A stretch of DNA of 64,000 nt from a bacterium (GCA_963674695.2 CAXXGI010000003.1:704001-768000); one strand, 5' to 3'. Positions 18,910 through 28,478 are shown, numbered from the stretch's first letter. Notes: generated by a model from the letters alone, not told the origin. Program-made: numbers and translations.

Positions 18910-19806
18910 ATGAACATAGCTCTCCCCTGCCTACTGACCTCGCCCGAACTCCTACTCCTGTCGGGCGCGCACACGACCTCCCTTGGTTCAGGGGAGGCAT
19001 TCGATCTCCTTCATCAGTTCAGCACCGAGCTGAACACCGAGGTCGACTCCGTCGCTCATCCCACGTCCGAAACACCGATCGTGCATATGGCCGAACAGCT
19101 GGCGATCATCAAGGCCGACGAACCGGATCATTACGCCGCTGCCCTGCAGGGTCTGCAATACGTTATTGGCTTGGAGCCATCGACGCGGCTCTTCCGTCAA
19201 ACCTGGTTTTCAGGGGAGAGCACCATCATTCGTCCGCTGACCTTTCAGGTGAGCAACCGGGAGACCGATGATCATCCCCTGGACCTGAGCGAGAAAGAGA
19301 CCTCCATGAATCTCACCCTCTCAGAGATGCCGCTCGAAATACATCGGTATATTGGAGTAGAAATCCAACGCCTGCGCCGGGCCCGAAGCTTGAACTCGAA
19401 GCAACTCGTCGAGCTGCTCGGCATGGAGGATAATAGCTCCGCCTCAGCAATGCATTTCATCGAAACGGGACAGCAGCACACAAACTGGCCGCTCCTCTTC
19501 GCCCTTCAGCGTATCTTCGGCCTCGAATCGCTCTATTTCTTCAAGCTGTGCTCCATGCTTCTCGATAAGGGCGATGTTCCCCCATTCATCAGCGAAAAGG
19601 TGCGTTTAAAAAAGGCCCATTTCTACTATCACCGTGCAGCACGCCTCAAGATGGCAGGCGAACTGACCTCGGAGCACATCCGCGAGATCATCGACGAGGC
19701 GAGCGTCTATCAGATTCATAACCAGTCGTTTGCCCTGGCCGATGCGCCGCCACAGACGATCCTGGGACCATTTTCGCTCCTCCTCAGCCTCCTGCTCAAA
19801 CGATAA
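18910..19806 (+). CDS. Orphan protein with a central XRE/Cro-like HTH domain
   Basis: IGVEIQRLRRARSLNSKQLVELLG..AMHFIETGQQHTNWPLLFALQRIFGL resembles HTH_3; SD AAGGA. Confidence 0.65.
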   Translation: MNIALPCLLTSPELLLLSGAHTTSLGSGEAFDLLHQFSTELNTEVDSVAHPTSETPIVHMAEQLAIIKADEPDHYAAALQGLQYVIGLEPSTRLFRQTWFSGESTIIRPLTFQVSNRETDDHPLDLSEKETSMNLTLSEMPLEIHRYIGVEIQRLRRARSLNSKQLVELLGMEDNSSASAMHFIETGQQHTNWPLLFALQRIFGLESLYFFKLCSMLLDKGDVPPFISEKVRLKKAHFYYHRAARLKMAGELTSEHIREIIDEASVYQIHNQSFALADAPPQTILGPFSLLLSLLLKR

Positions 19807-19840
19807 AAAAGCCCGCATCGCTTGCGATGCGGGCTTTTTT
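19805..19840. terminator. Bidirectional terminator between convergent genes
   Basis: aaaaaagcccgcatcgcttgcgatgcgggctttttt. Confidence 0.85.
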
Positions 19841-19856
19841 CACGTTTTCCAACGAG

Positions 19857-20030
19857 TCAGTCCTGCGGCTTGATCGCACTGACCGGACATTCATCGACGC
19901 AGGCACCACAATCGACGCAGGTCTCGGCATCGATCACCCGTTTTCCATCCTTCTCTTTGATCGCCTCGACCGGGCAGGTCGGATCACAAGCGCCGCAGTT
20001 GGTACATTCATCGGTAATAATGTGTGCCAT
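19857..20030 (-). CDS. 2[4Fe-4S] ferredoxin, 57 aa
   Basis: Manual translation MAHIITDECTNCGACDPTCPVEAIKEKDGKRVIDAETCVDCGACVDECPVSAIKPQD*: two CxxCxxCxxxCP motifs; SD AAGGAGG. Missed by the ORF track. Confidence 0.95.
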   Translation of the reverse strand: MAHIITDECTNCGACDPTCPVEAIKEKDGKRVIDAETCVDCGACVDECPVSAIKPQD

Positions 20031-20123
20031 GGGTCTTCCTCCTTGAGTTCGAAAACAGCGAATGGTTCGGCATGTATATCGGTTCCTTCCTGCCAGATCA
20101 ATCCAAAATAATCAGGTCTCCTC

Positions 20124-20963
20124 CTAGCTTCCAAATTGGATCGCCAACGACAGGTCGGTCAACGTATCGAGCTTCTTTTTTCCCGCCGCAGGCTGATTAT
20201 CGAACCGCAGCGTAAAACCGATGTCGACCGCGAGATGTTTGATGATCGTGAAGGTGACCGCGGTCCGGCTGTTCACGCGCGTCTCATAGCCGTTTTGCAC
20301 ATCCTCGAGACACTGCAATCGCTGGCTGAGCGCCACATGCCCGCCGAACTGCTGCTCATAGGAAACTTCCTGCAGCGCAGAATTGATCTTTTTATCCGGA
20401 TTCGGGGGAAAGCGATCCTCATAGGTGAAGTCATATCCAAACGAGAGCGACAGATGCACCTTCGGACGCCGAACCACAAAAAACCGGATGCCGCCGAACC
20501 CGCGTGCGCCCAGGTCGATCCCCTTGATGTAGTCGCTAAAGCCTCCGCCACCGACGAAGAGCGAGGTCCATTCCGAATTATAGTAGTCCAAGCGATAGGT
20601 ACCGAAGATGAATCGTTTCTGCGTTCCCGTTCCCCCTGAACCCGTGGTCGAAAAGACCCGCTCGTAATTCCCGCCGAGGCGCCATTCATTCTCAAAACGA
20701 TGATAGCGGAGTGTGGTAGAGTTTCCGCCTGTAATGTTGAGCGAACTGGTATTTCCAGTGGAATTGGCCAATCCCAACCGCGTCTTGGTCGAGTAACTCG
20801 ACGTCGAAAAATCAATCTTCTCGATGCGCGGCGTTTTTCGATCGAGCGATTTCTCCACCTCGTCGGCCGCCTGCGCCCAAGCTGTGACAGGCACTGCGAT
20901 GAGGCCTGCGATGACCGCTGCCACCAGGGCTCCATCGATAATCCATTTCTCCATTCGTCGCAT
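20124..20963 (-). CDS. DUF481-like outer-membrane beta-barrel
   Basis: Signal peptide (..TAWAQA), STGNTSS, amphipathic beta strands, FDNQPAAGKKKLDT..IQF C-terminus; start uncertain. Confidence 0.7.
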   Translation of the reverse strand: MRRMEKWIIDGALVAAVIAGLIAVPVTAWAQAADEVEKSLDRKTPRIEKIDFSTSSYSTKTRLGLANSTGNTSSLNITGGNSTTLRYHRFENEWRLGGNYERVFSTTGSGGTGTQKRFIFGTYRLDYYNSEWTSLFVGGGGFSDYIKGIDLGARGFGGIRFFVVRRPKVHLSLSFGYDFTYEDRFPPNPDKKINSALQEVSYEQQFGGHVALSQRLQCLEDVQNGYETRVNSRTAVTFTIIKHLAVDIGFTLRFDNQPAAGKKKLDTLTDLSLAIQFGS

Positions 20964-21149
20964 GGCTGAGGGCCATAAAAAAAATGGAACCGCAATGCAA
21001 GCCGTGATCCAAGAAACGAAGCGCCTTGCCGAAGCCGCAGATGAGGCATCCACCCGCCGTATGGGCATTTGCGAACGAGATGCTCGCGCGCATTGACTTC
21101 ACGCGCACATTGCTGTTTTTTACAGTGCTATCGATACGAGGAGGCTCAC

Positions 21150-22307
21150 ATGTCTTGGCTCAATCCGACAATGATCTGGAATGAAGCGGTTATGATCGCA
21201 CAGAAGATCCCTCTGCCTCAGGTGATCATCACCATCGCCATGTTCATCGGCGCATGGCTCATCAGCGGCCTGTTTAAACGCATGACCAAGCGTTATTTCT
21301 CGAAAAGACTCGGAGAATCAAACTCCTTCTGGGCCCGTTTCTGGAAGAAAGAGCGCCGCTTCATCCTGCGCTCGATCGGTTGGGTCATCTGGATCGCCTT
21401 CTTCGGCGCTGCCCTCTTCGTGTGGGCCGGTCACCTCTCGCGCATGGCGGGACGACTCGAAGCGATCTATGTGCCGCTCGGCCGCGCTGCGGTCATCATC
21501 ATCATCGCCCTGCTCACGCTCAAAGCAACGCGCGTGGTCATGACCATCGTGCTCGATCAACTCACCCCCATCGCCGGGCGCGGTATGAAACGCGCCCAAA
21601 GGCGCATGGAAACGCTCAACCACGTCTTCAACTACGGCATCACCTTTGCCATCCTCGGCATTACAGTGATGATGCTCCTCGACACCTTCGGCATCGACTT
21701 GAAGGCCGTGCTCGCCACCGTCGGTGTTGCCTCCGTCGCCATCGGTTTCGGCGCCCAGAGCCTGGTCAAGGACTTCATCAGCGGCATCTTCATCCTCACC
21801 GAAGACCAGTATGGCGTGGGCGATGTAGTCAACATCAACGGTGAGAGCGGATTCGTCGAGCGCATGACACTGCGGATGACACAATTGCGCAACATGGAGG
21901 GCATCCTCATCACGGTGCCGCACGGATCGATCACGAACGTGAAGAACATGACCAGCACCTGGTCGCGCGTCGATTATACGATCGGCGTCGGCTATGCCAC
22001 CGACCTCGATCATGCGCTCGATGTCCTGATGGAGGAGGCCGAAAAACTCCGGGCCGACTATCCAAACGAGATCATCGAAGCACCGGAGCGCATCGGTGTG
22101 GACGAATTCGGCGACTCCTCGATCACGATCCGCATCCTCATCAAGACCGCGCCCCTCAAGCAATGGATGATGAAGCGCGAGCTCAACCGCCGCATCCACA
22201 AGCGCTTCGAGGCCGAAAAGATCGAGATCCCCTTTCCGCAACGCACGCTCTGGATCCGTGAGCCGAAGGAGGAGATCCTGGCGAAGCTGGCCGAGAAGCA
22301 CGCATAG
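21150..22307 (+). CDS. Small-conductance mechanosensitive channel (MscS/YbiO-like)
   Basis: VASVAIGFGAQSLVKDFISGIFIL.EDQYGVGD, IEIPFPQRT; SD GAGGAGG. Confidence 0.9.
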   Translation: MSWLNPTMIWNEAVMIAQKIPLPQVIITIAMFIGAWLISGLFKRMTKRYFSKRLGESNSFWARFWKKERRFILRSIGWVIWIAFFGAALFVWAGHLSRMAGRLEAIYVPLGRAAVIIIIALLTLKATRVVMTIVLDQLTPIAGRGMKRAQRRMETLNHVFNYGITFAILGITVMMLLDTFGIDLKAVLATVGVASVAIGFGAQSLVKDFISGIFILTEDQYGVGDVVNINGESGFVERMTLRMTQLRNMEGILITVPHGSITNVKNMTSTWSRVDYTIGVGYATDLDHALDVLMEEAEKLRADYPNEIIEAPERIGVDEFGDSSITIRILIKTAPLKQWMMKRELNRRIHKRFEAEKIEIPFPQRTLWIREPKEEILAKLAEKHA

Positions 22308-22367
22308 GATGACCTTGTCTTCCCGCCCAGACTTCGATATAAGAGGCGAAACAACCAAGGGGGATAT

Positions 22368-22847
22368 ATGCGAAAAGGCGTCATCATAGCAGCCACACTG
22401 ATCGTCGCACTCGGTGCGGTCACCACGGCATCAGCGCGGGAGGAGACGCTCCAGGGCAAGGGGGCCGTCCTTCACACCATGCAGGGCGACATTCCCGGCT
22501 CGACCGAAGTATCAAAGGCCTACAGCAACACCATTCGGCTCTACAAACTCAAACCGAAGGACGTCGCCTACTGGAATCCGCACGGCGGCAAGTACATCAC
22601 CGCGGGCCCCTATGCCTACCTCTGGTGCTCGATCTTCAAGAAGGGAAAGGGCAACCCCAAGCACGACTGGATCGCCGTCACTGCAAAGTCGCTGCAGGAA
22701 TCGCTCAATCTCAACTACAAGCTCGACGGCGTCGCGTTCTATCAGCTCACCAGCGACGGACAAAAGTTGCACTTCACGGCCTATCCGTACACCACCGTCC
22801 ACGGCATGGCGACCGGACAGAAGGTCGACCGCATTCGGGAGGACTGA
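22368..22847 (+). CDS. Exported basic hypothetical protein
   Basis: Signal peptide MRKGVIIAATLIVALGAVTTASA; good SD; no family recognised. Confidence 0.7.
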   Translation: MRKGVIIAATLIVALGAVTTASAREETLQGKGAVLHTMQGDIPGSTEVSKAYSNTIRLYKLKPKDVAYWNPHGGKYITAGPYAYLWCSIFKKGKGNPKHDWIAVTAKSLQESLNLNYKLDGVAFYQLTSDGQKLHFTAYPYTTVHGMATGQKVDRIRED

Positions 22848-22854
22848 CGAAGTT

Positions 22855-22951
22855 TGTCATTCCCGCGGAAGCGAAAAGATTGTCATTCCCGCGAAGGCGG
22901 GAATCTCGCCTGTACTGCCCAATCGAGATCCCCGCCTTCGCGGGGATGACA
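22855..22951. repeat. Family A palindromic repeat (22881-22951) preceded by a partial duplicate (22855-22873)
   Basis: tgtcattcccgcggaagcg..tgtcattcccgcgaaggcgggaatctcg...cgagatccccgccttcgcggggatgaca. Confidence 0.9.
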
Positions 22952-22973
22952 ACAACAGAGTTCGTCAATACGC

Positions 22974-23005
22974 AAAAGCCTCGCGGGAAACCGCGGGGCT
23001 TTTTT
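22974..23005. terminator. Intrinsic terminator
   Basis: aaaagcctcgcgg-gaaa-ccgcggggctttttt. Confidence 0.75.
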
Positions 23006-23022
23006 CCGACCACACACATCCC

Positions 23023-23183
23023 TCGTCCGGCTGGGTATTTTCGGGGATCTCTTCTTTCATCGCGATCAAAGCCTTTCATGCTGCGATGAAAGAAGAAAAA
23101 GCCGTCGAGGCGGCGTCTGACCTGCCCGCCGGTTGGTTAGGCGGGGCCGAAACGGCGGTCCCCGAAAATACCCAGCCGGACGA
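23023..23183. mobile_element. Family B MITE-like element, copy 1 (25-bp perfect terminal inverted repeats, nested hairpin insert)
   Basis: TCGTCCGGCTGGGTATTTTCGGGGA...TCCCCGAAAATACCCAGCCGGACGA; core nearly identical to the reverse complement of 25027-25170. Confidence 0.7.
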
Positions 23184-23226
23184 TGGACTCATAGCAACGA
23201 ATACAACGTTTAAGGGGAATGCTTCC

Positions 23227-24900
23227 TCAGGAATCTCGATCGATCAAATCGAGGACGGCGGCGTCGACCGTATCGCGGAAGGTGCTGTAGTGCTCGAGAT
23301 AATCCTCGAGCCCGAAGTCATACGGAATATCGGGAGTCACGCCGATATTTTCGATGTAGTTGGTCTTCCCCCCCTGCCCGTCGGAGACGGCCTTCGATCT
23401 CCACATCAGCGATTCAGTGAGACGCACGCTGATATCGGAATGGCCAAAGGGCCCGACCCCCACGACGTTGCCACCAGCCCCCATCGTGCGCGACCCCATG
23501 AGCACCGCTCGTCCTGCATCCTGCATGACCGCGGGAAAGACGTCTGCCGCAGAGGCATCGAGTTCGTTGATGAGCAGCAGGATCGGCTTCGTGTAGAGAT
23601 ACGTCTCCCCCTTCTCATCGCGCGCAGCATCGACGGTCAGTCCACCGCTGCAGAGGGGGAACGGATCGGTGAGAGGCTTTCCGGTCATCATCGCGCGGCG
23701 AATCCCTGACACGATATCGTTGACCAGGCGTTCGTCCTCGCTCCCCGGTTCGACATGCGGCAGATACGATTCAAAGATGACGAGCCAGTTCCGGTTGGCG
23801 CGAATGCGAAAGAGCATCTTCTCGATCGGTTCGCGCGCAAAGAAAGCCGTCACCGCTTCGAGATAGCAGAGGTTCCCCCCGCCGTTGCCCGTCTGATCGA
23901 TGATCAGGGCATCGGTCTCGGCCTCGAATGCGGGAATCGTCTTCGCCAGAAACTCGACATTCGCCATCGGATTCATAGGCATCCAGGTGTGAATCCGCAG
24001 AAATCCGATCTTCCGTCCCCCGATCGTCGCGATGCCGGAAAAGAACGGCTGCGAGGAGCGCACCTCAAACCCCTCCCAGAGCGGAAAGAACGGCCTGAAA
24101 TCGCCTATCATCGCCCCCATGAGATCGCCGTCGATGGTGAGCCGACGCATACGATCGAGCGGGTTTTCCATCACCTCGCCCTCGGGGGAGAGGATCTCAC
24201 CCGCCACCGCGCGGGAGAGCCCGGCATCGGTCTGCACCGGCGCAAGCGCCCGCCCCTGCTCGATCCAGGGCATGGCCACCTTTCGCTGTGACCCGCTCTT
24301 GCGCGACTGGATCACGACCCAGGCGGTATCATGTTCCGGCATATGGGGAATCTGTGCCTGTCGACGGGAGACAATCCAGCTGGCAAACAGGCGCTCCTCG
24401 GTCGAGGCGTTCCCAAACCGCCGATACTGCGCCATCGCATCCCGAATCTCTTCTGCCGCAATGCCATCGATCGAGACGAGTCGATCGCCCACGTCGAACG
24501 GAAAATCGCTCCGGGAGAGCTCCCGGCGACTAATCCCTGAAATGACCACCTCTCCATCGAAACTATCGGTTTCAAAACCCAGCCACTTCGACTGCGACGA
24601 CGGGATCGTCATACTCATATGCACATCGGAAAACCCTGCAATGAAACCGATCATCGCCGCATAGAAATCCTCATCCGACCCCTGCGACTCGGCCGCGACG
24701 AGCAGCTCTTCCGAGAGCGCCTCAAAGGAGATGCCGAGGTGCTCCTCCTTCCAGGTGAGCGGCGCATAGCGATGCGCAATCAAACTGATGAGCGTCTGCG
24801 CATCAGCAACGCGCTCATCAACGCTCATGCGCGCGTGGGCCGCACAGACGAAGGTTACCGATACGACAACAGCCATCATCAACGTCAGTATTCGTCGCAT
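23227..24900 (-). CDS. Secreted S41-family protease, CPAF-like (PDZ-like plus tail-specific protease domains)
   Basis: YAPLTWKEEHLG, FSDVH, IGFLRIHTW, ALIIDQTGNGGG, LLINELDASAADVFP, GSRTMGAGG, YIENIGVTPD parallel the motifs of chlamydial CPAF (recalled); signal peptide present. Confidence 0.85.
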   Translation of the reverse strand: MRRILTLMMAVVVSVTFVCAAHARMSVDERVADAQTLISLIAHRYAPLTWKEEHLGISFEALSEELLVAAESQGSDEDFYAAMIGFIAGFSDVHMSMTIPSSQSKWLGFETDSFDGEVVISGISRRELSRSDFPFDVGDRLVSIDGIAAEEIRDAMAQYRRFGNASTEERLFASWIVSRRQAQIPHMPEHDTAWVVIQSRKSGSQRKVAMPWIEQGRALAPVQTDAGLSRAVAGEILSPEGEVMENPLDRMRRLTIDGDLMGAMIGDFRPFFPLWEGFEVRSSQPFFSGIATIGGRKIGFLRIHTWMPMNPMANVEFLAKTIPAFEAETDALIIDQTGNGGGNLCYLEAVTAFFAREPIEKMLFRIRANRNWLVIFESYLPHVEPGSEDERLVNDIVSGIRRAMMTGKPLTDPFPLCSGGLTVDAARDEKGETYLYTKPILLLINELDASAADVFPAVMQDAGRAVLMGSRTMGAGGNVVGVGPFGHSDISVRLTESLMWRSKAVSDGQGGKTNYIENIGVTPDIPYDFGLEDYLEHYSTFRDTVDAAVLDLIDRDS

Positions 24901-24906
24901 GGCCCC

Positions 24907-24933
24907 TTATCGGCCCCCCGCCCAAGAAGTTGC
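24907..24933 (-). promoter_or_regulatory. Sigma-28-like promoter P3 (GCAAC-N15-CCGATAA), probably leaderless
   Basis: Minus strand cgcGCAACttcttgggcggggggCCGATAAggggccATG; the ATG is 6 nt after the -10 box. Confidence 0.75.
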
Positions 24934-25026
24934 GCGATTTTTGACCATTTTCACCCCCAGCAAGTCCCTTCCTGGAGCTTCCTGACAGCTTCCCGCCTCA
25001 CACCTATCTCTTCGTCGCGGGAGTGG

Positions 25027-25170
25027 ACATCATCCGGCAGTGTGTTTTACGGGGACCGCCGTCTCGGCTCAAACGCCGCCTCGACGGCTTTTTCTTCTTC
25101 CATCGCAGCATTATAGGCTTGGATCGCGATGAAAGAAGAGATCCCCTACAAACACACTGCCAGACGATGT
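25027..25170. mobile_element. Family B MITE-like element, copy 2 (inverted relative to copy 1)
   Basis: Imperfect TIRs acatcatccggcagtgtgttttacgggga / tcccctacaaacacactgccagacgatgt; shared core ccgcctcgacggctttttcttct..gatcgcgatgaaagaagagatcccc. Confidence 0.7.
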
Positions 25171-25240
25171 CTTCAAGAGATCCACTTCACACCGGCGGGA
25201 AGAGCTTGGCTCTCGGTGCAGAAAGCTGTTCATGGTCAGA

Positions 25241-25526
25241 CCGGTTGGAAGACCTCATTTCTGAGTCCTTCTTCCGCATTGCAGGCCGGACCCTTCCCGG
25301 AGGAGTATAAAGGCGCGCCTGCGAGACGAGCGTATCCCGAAGCAATAAAATCCGATTGGCCTCACGACATTGAGAGCCGACGAAGGAGGATCCTCAATGT
25401 TGATGAGGACAACGGATTTTTTGCGAGGGGTAGCGAGCGAAGCGCGCCCTCACGACGAAGGGAAGGGTTTGGCCTGCAATGCGGAAAAAGCGGAGCGGAT
25501 GCGCAAAAATGAGGTATTCCAACCGG
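25241..25526. repeat. About 290-bp imperfect palindrome (long hairpin / MITE-like)
   Basis: Nested complementary blocks: ccggttggaa/ttccaaccgg, acctcattt/aaatgaggt, ttccgcattgcaggcc/ggcctgcaatgcggaa, acccttccc/gggaagggt, aaaatccg/cggatttt, acattgag/ctcaatgt. Confidence 0.8.
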
Positions 25527-25543
25527 CCTTGGCTTTCCCCCGC

Positions 25544-26878
25544 TTACCGGCGGAGGCGGGCAAGGGATTCGCGCCAGGGATTGACGATGCCTTCGCGGAT
25601 GTGATGAGCGGCGGTTTCGCCCGCGCGGCCGAGGATGAACTTGAAGGCGACCGGTCCGATGATCTGACCGATCGCGATGGACGCGAGCATGACCGTTCGA
25701 AAGGAGACGCCCCACGTCGGAAAGGCGATTGCGACCGCGCCGGCGATACCGACGCTGACGCCCGCCTGTCCGATGAACCCCATAAAACCCCACCGGCGAA
25801 TGAGCGGCCCCTCCCCCCCGATGCGCGCGCCCGCCCATGTGCCGAGCGCCGTTCCCGAAAGGCGCAGCACCACGAAGAGCACCGCCACCGGCCACATGCG
25901 TTCGAGCGCGGCGATGTTGAGAGCGGCACCGGCCAGGGCGAAGAAGACGATATAGACGGTCGTCGAGGTACGCTCGATGGCCGCCACCATACGCGGACCT
26001 AAGCGCGTGAAGTTTTCGACGAGAAAACCCGCCGTCAGACAGACGAGCAGGAAGTGCAGGTGCAACTGTTCCGATGCCGTCACGATGACCAGCGAGAGCA
26101 CGACCGTGAAGAGGACAAACTCTCGCCGCACAAAACGGAGATAGACCGCCACGAGTGCTGCGACCACCGCTCCGACGAGAAATGAGGCCCCCACCGAGAT
26201 GAGCACCTCTACAGCGATACCCTCCTCGACCTGTGCGCCGGAAAACCAGGCGGTGCCCAGACCGATGGCCAGCGCAAACCCCAGGAGCACCAGAACATCT
26301 TTGATCACCGTCACCCCGATGGTGATATCGGAGAGCCTCCCGTGCGCGCGCGTCTCGACGATGACGGCGATGACGGTTGCCGGCGAGTTCGCCACGGCCA
26401 TCACCCCGAAGAAGATTGCGGCGATCAGGAGTCCCTTCCCCCCGAACAGGTCGATCTGCATCCATCGCAGGGCCAGGAACATCCCCGCCGCACCGACGAC
26501 GAACGCGCCGATCGTCTGCAGGAGCGTGATCCAGACGATTGTCTTTCCACACGCGCGCAGCCGCGCGAGTCGCAACTCGCCACCGGCGGTGAAGGCGATG
26601 AGTGCCAGCGCAAGATGGTCCAGCGGCGCGAGCATCAGCACCGTCTCGTGCGTGACCAGCCCCAGCACATAGGGACCACAGATAATGCCCGCCAACAGAT
26701 AGCCGGTGATGTGCGGAAGCCCAAAGCGCGCGGCAAAAGAACCGGCGACAAAACCAGCGAGCAACAGAAACCCGAAGACAAGCATCGCGCGCGGCAGCGG
26801 ATCGATCGCAGCGCTCACACCGCCCGATTGCAGGGCGATCATGAGGACAAAGAGCAGGAAGAGGCCGAGGAATCTCAT
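25544..26878 (-). CDS. Cation:proton antiporter (CPA2-like), subunit 2
   Basis: GLPHITGYLLAGIICGPYVLG, IAFTAGGEL, NSPATVIAV, VIKD, FFALAGA, QAGVSVG; ATG overlaps the upstream stop. Confidence 0.85.
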   Translation of the reverse strand: MRFLGLFLLFVLMIALQSGGVSAAIDPLPRAMLVFGFLLLAGFVAGSFAARFGLPHITGYLLAGIICGPYVLGLVTHETVLMLAPLDHLALALIAFTAGGELRLARLRACGKTIVWITLLQTIGAFVVGAAGMFLALRWMQIDLFGGKGLLIAAIFFGVMAVANSPATVIAVIVETRAHGRLSDITIGVTVIKDVLVLLGFALAIGLGTAWFSGAQVEEGIAVEVLISVGASFLVGAVVAALVAVYLRFVRREFVLFTVVLSLVIVTASEQLHLHFLLVCLTAGFLVENFTRLGPRMVAAIERTSTTVYIVFFALAGAALNIAALERMWPVAVLFVVLRLSGTALGTWAGARIGGEGPLIRRWGFMGFIGQAGVSVGIAGAVAIAFPTWGVSFRTVMLASIAIGQIIGPVAFKFILGRAGETAAHHIREGIVNPWRESLARLRR

Positions 26879-28083
26879 GCCACCTCCCCTTCGAACGCGA
26901 GCAAACGTCGAACACAGATGGGGTTGGCGATTCCGTTGATGACGAATGCGATCAACACGATCGCCAGAACAAGATGTGCGCCGGCGTGGCCAAACCGGGT
27001 GGCAAAATCCAACGCCAGCGCCAAACCGATTCCCCCCTGCCCCGTCAAGGCCAGACCAAATGAGCAGGGATGCTGCGCCCGATGTCGGATGGAACGAAAG
27101 GCGAGCCGCGCGCCGACCATTTTGGCCAGCGTTCGCAGCAAGACGAACAGGATGGCCGCACCGATGACGACCGGCCCTTCGATGATCCACATCGATCCGG
27201 ACAGCATCAGCATGAACACATAGAGGGGTTTCTTCGCCGTCACCAGAAGACGATAGAGCTTGTCCTGCTGCGGCGAGGCGTTCGTGAGCGTAACCCCAAC
27301 GATGAGCCCGAGAAAGAGCGGGGAGACATCGAGCATCGCCGCGACGCCGGAGATGAAGACCAACACCCCCACCGCGATGGCGAGCCGTTCATCCCCTGTG
27401 AGTTTGAGCGAGAGAAAGAAATGGCTGAGCAGGCCCAGCGCAACCCCCAAGCCGATAACGATGACGATCCACATGATGCCGGGGACAAATCCCCCTTCGC
27501 GCACGCCCTCGAGGCCGAAAAAAGGAAGGGTCACGCCGTAGAGACAGATACCGACCAACGCGTCGAGGGACGTGACCGTGCGCAACAGATGTGACGTTCG
27601 GCCATGCGCCTTCAAACGCCGAATGACCGCCGTGACCGCCGTGGGTGCGGAAACACACGCCACCGATGCCAGCGCAAAGACCGCCGGCAGCGTCTTTCCC
27701 GCTGCCGCGAAGAGATCCGGAAAGAGGAGGCGCACCGCAAGCGCCGCGGGCACCATCAGGACAAAGGTGATGATCGCCTGCGAAGCCGCAATGCGATAGG
27801 TCGCCTTCGACAGGATTTTGAGCGTGCGCAGACGAAACTGCAGGCCAAAGACCATCCCCACAAAGGCCAGGACGATGGCGATCGGTTCCCCAAACTGCCG
27901 GAGCAGCTCCAGGTCAATCCAGCCCAGGGCCTGAGGCCCAAGCAACACGCCCAGCAAGAGAAACTCGATGCCATAGGGAAGACAACAGGAGAGCAGAAAC
28001 GGAAGTTGGCGAACGCGAAATGCACGGTCGGCGCCGATGTAAGCGATAGCGACCAACAGCAGGATGAAGAGAATGGAGTGCAT
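26875..28083 (-). CDS. Cation:proton antiporter (CPA2-like), subunit 1
   Basis: LLGVLLGPQALG, multiple TM helices, SLDA, QGGIGLALA; translationally coupled to both neighbours. Confidence 0.8.
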   Translation of the reverse strand: MHSILFILLLVAIAYIGADRAFRVRQLPFLLSCCLPYGIEFLLLGVLLGPQALGWIDLELLRQFGEPIAIVLAFVGMVFGLQFRLRTLKILSKATYRIAASQAIITFVLMVPAALAVRLLFPDLFAAAGKTLPAVFALASVACVSAPTAVTAVIRRLKAHGRTSHLLRTVTSLDALVGICLYGVTLPFFGLEGVREGGFVPGIMWIVIVIGLGVALGLLSHFFLSLKLTGDERLAIAVGVLVFISGVAAMLDVSPLFLGLIVGVTLTNASPQQDKLYRLLVTAKKPLYVFMLMLSGSMWIIEGPVVIGAAILFVLLRTLAKMVGARLAFRSIRHRAQHPCSFGLALTGQGGIGLALALDFATRFGHAGAHLVLAIVLIAFVINGIANPICVRRLLAFEGEVA

Positions 28084-28451
28084 CAGGAATCGCCGGGAGG
28101 ATTCTTTCCTTTATCCCGCTTGCGCGTGGAAAACCCATGGAAGCGGGAAACCGGAAGCGTGAAGAAGACGCCTGTCCCCTCCTCTTCAAAGTTACCGCAG
28201 ATTTCCTCGACAAGCGTGATCGCCATATCGACGATGTCGTCGTCGACCACCGACATGATCATGTGGTTGCCAATATTTCCTCCAGGCATGAGATCGCGCA
28301 AGCCGGTGAAGATCGGCACCTCTGCCGTGAGAATCTGCCCCATGCCGCGACTGTCGACGACGGAGGCGCCGCGAATACCGATATCGACAAAGCCGGTGAG
28401 AATATCATCCAAGAGCCGTGTCTGTTTTATGATGAGCACCATCAACTGCAT
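28083..28451 (-). CDS. PII-like (GlnB-fold) protein
   Basis: GIRGASVVDSRGMG and GTGVFFTLPVSRFHG resemble the PII T/B-loop and C-terminal motifs. Confidence 0.75.
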   Translation of the reverse strand: MQLMVLIIKQTRLLDDILTGFVDIGIRGASVVDSRGMGQILTAEVPIFTGLRDLMPGGNIGNHMIMSVVDDDIVDMAITLVEEICGNFEEEGTGVFFTLPVSRFHGFSTRKRDKGKNPPGDS

Positions 28452-28478
28452 ATCGCCTCCTTGCCGAGCACGCCTCCA

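Noticed and set aside
22414-23709. 431-aa plus-strand ORF
   Set aside because: Chimera of an alternate frame, repeat DNA and the antisense of the protease.
25362-26915. 517-aa Arg-rich ORF
   Set aside because: Alternate frame over the antiporter gene with non-protein-like composition.
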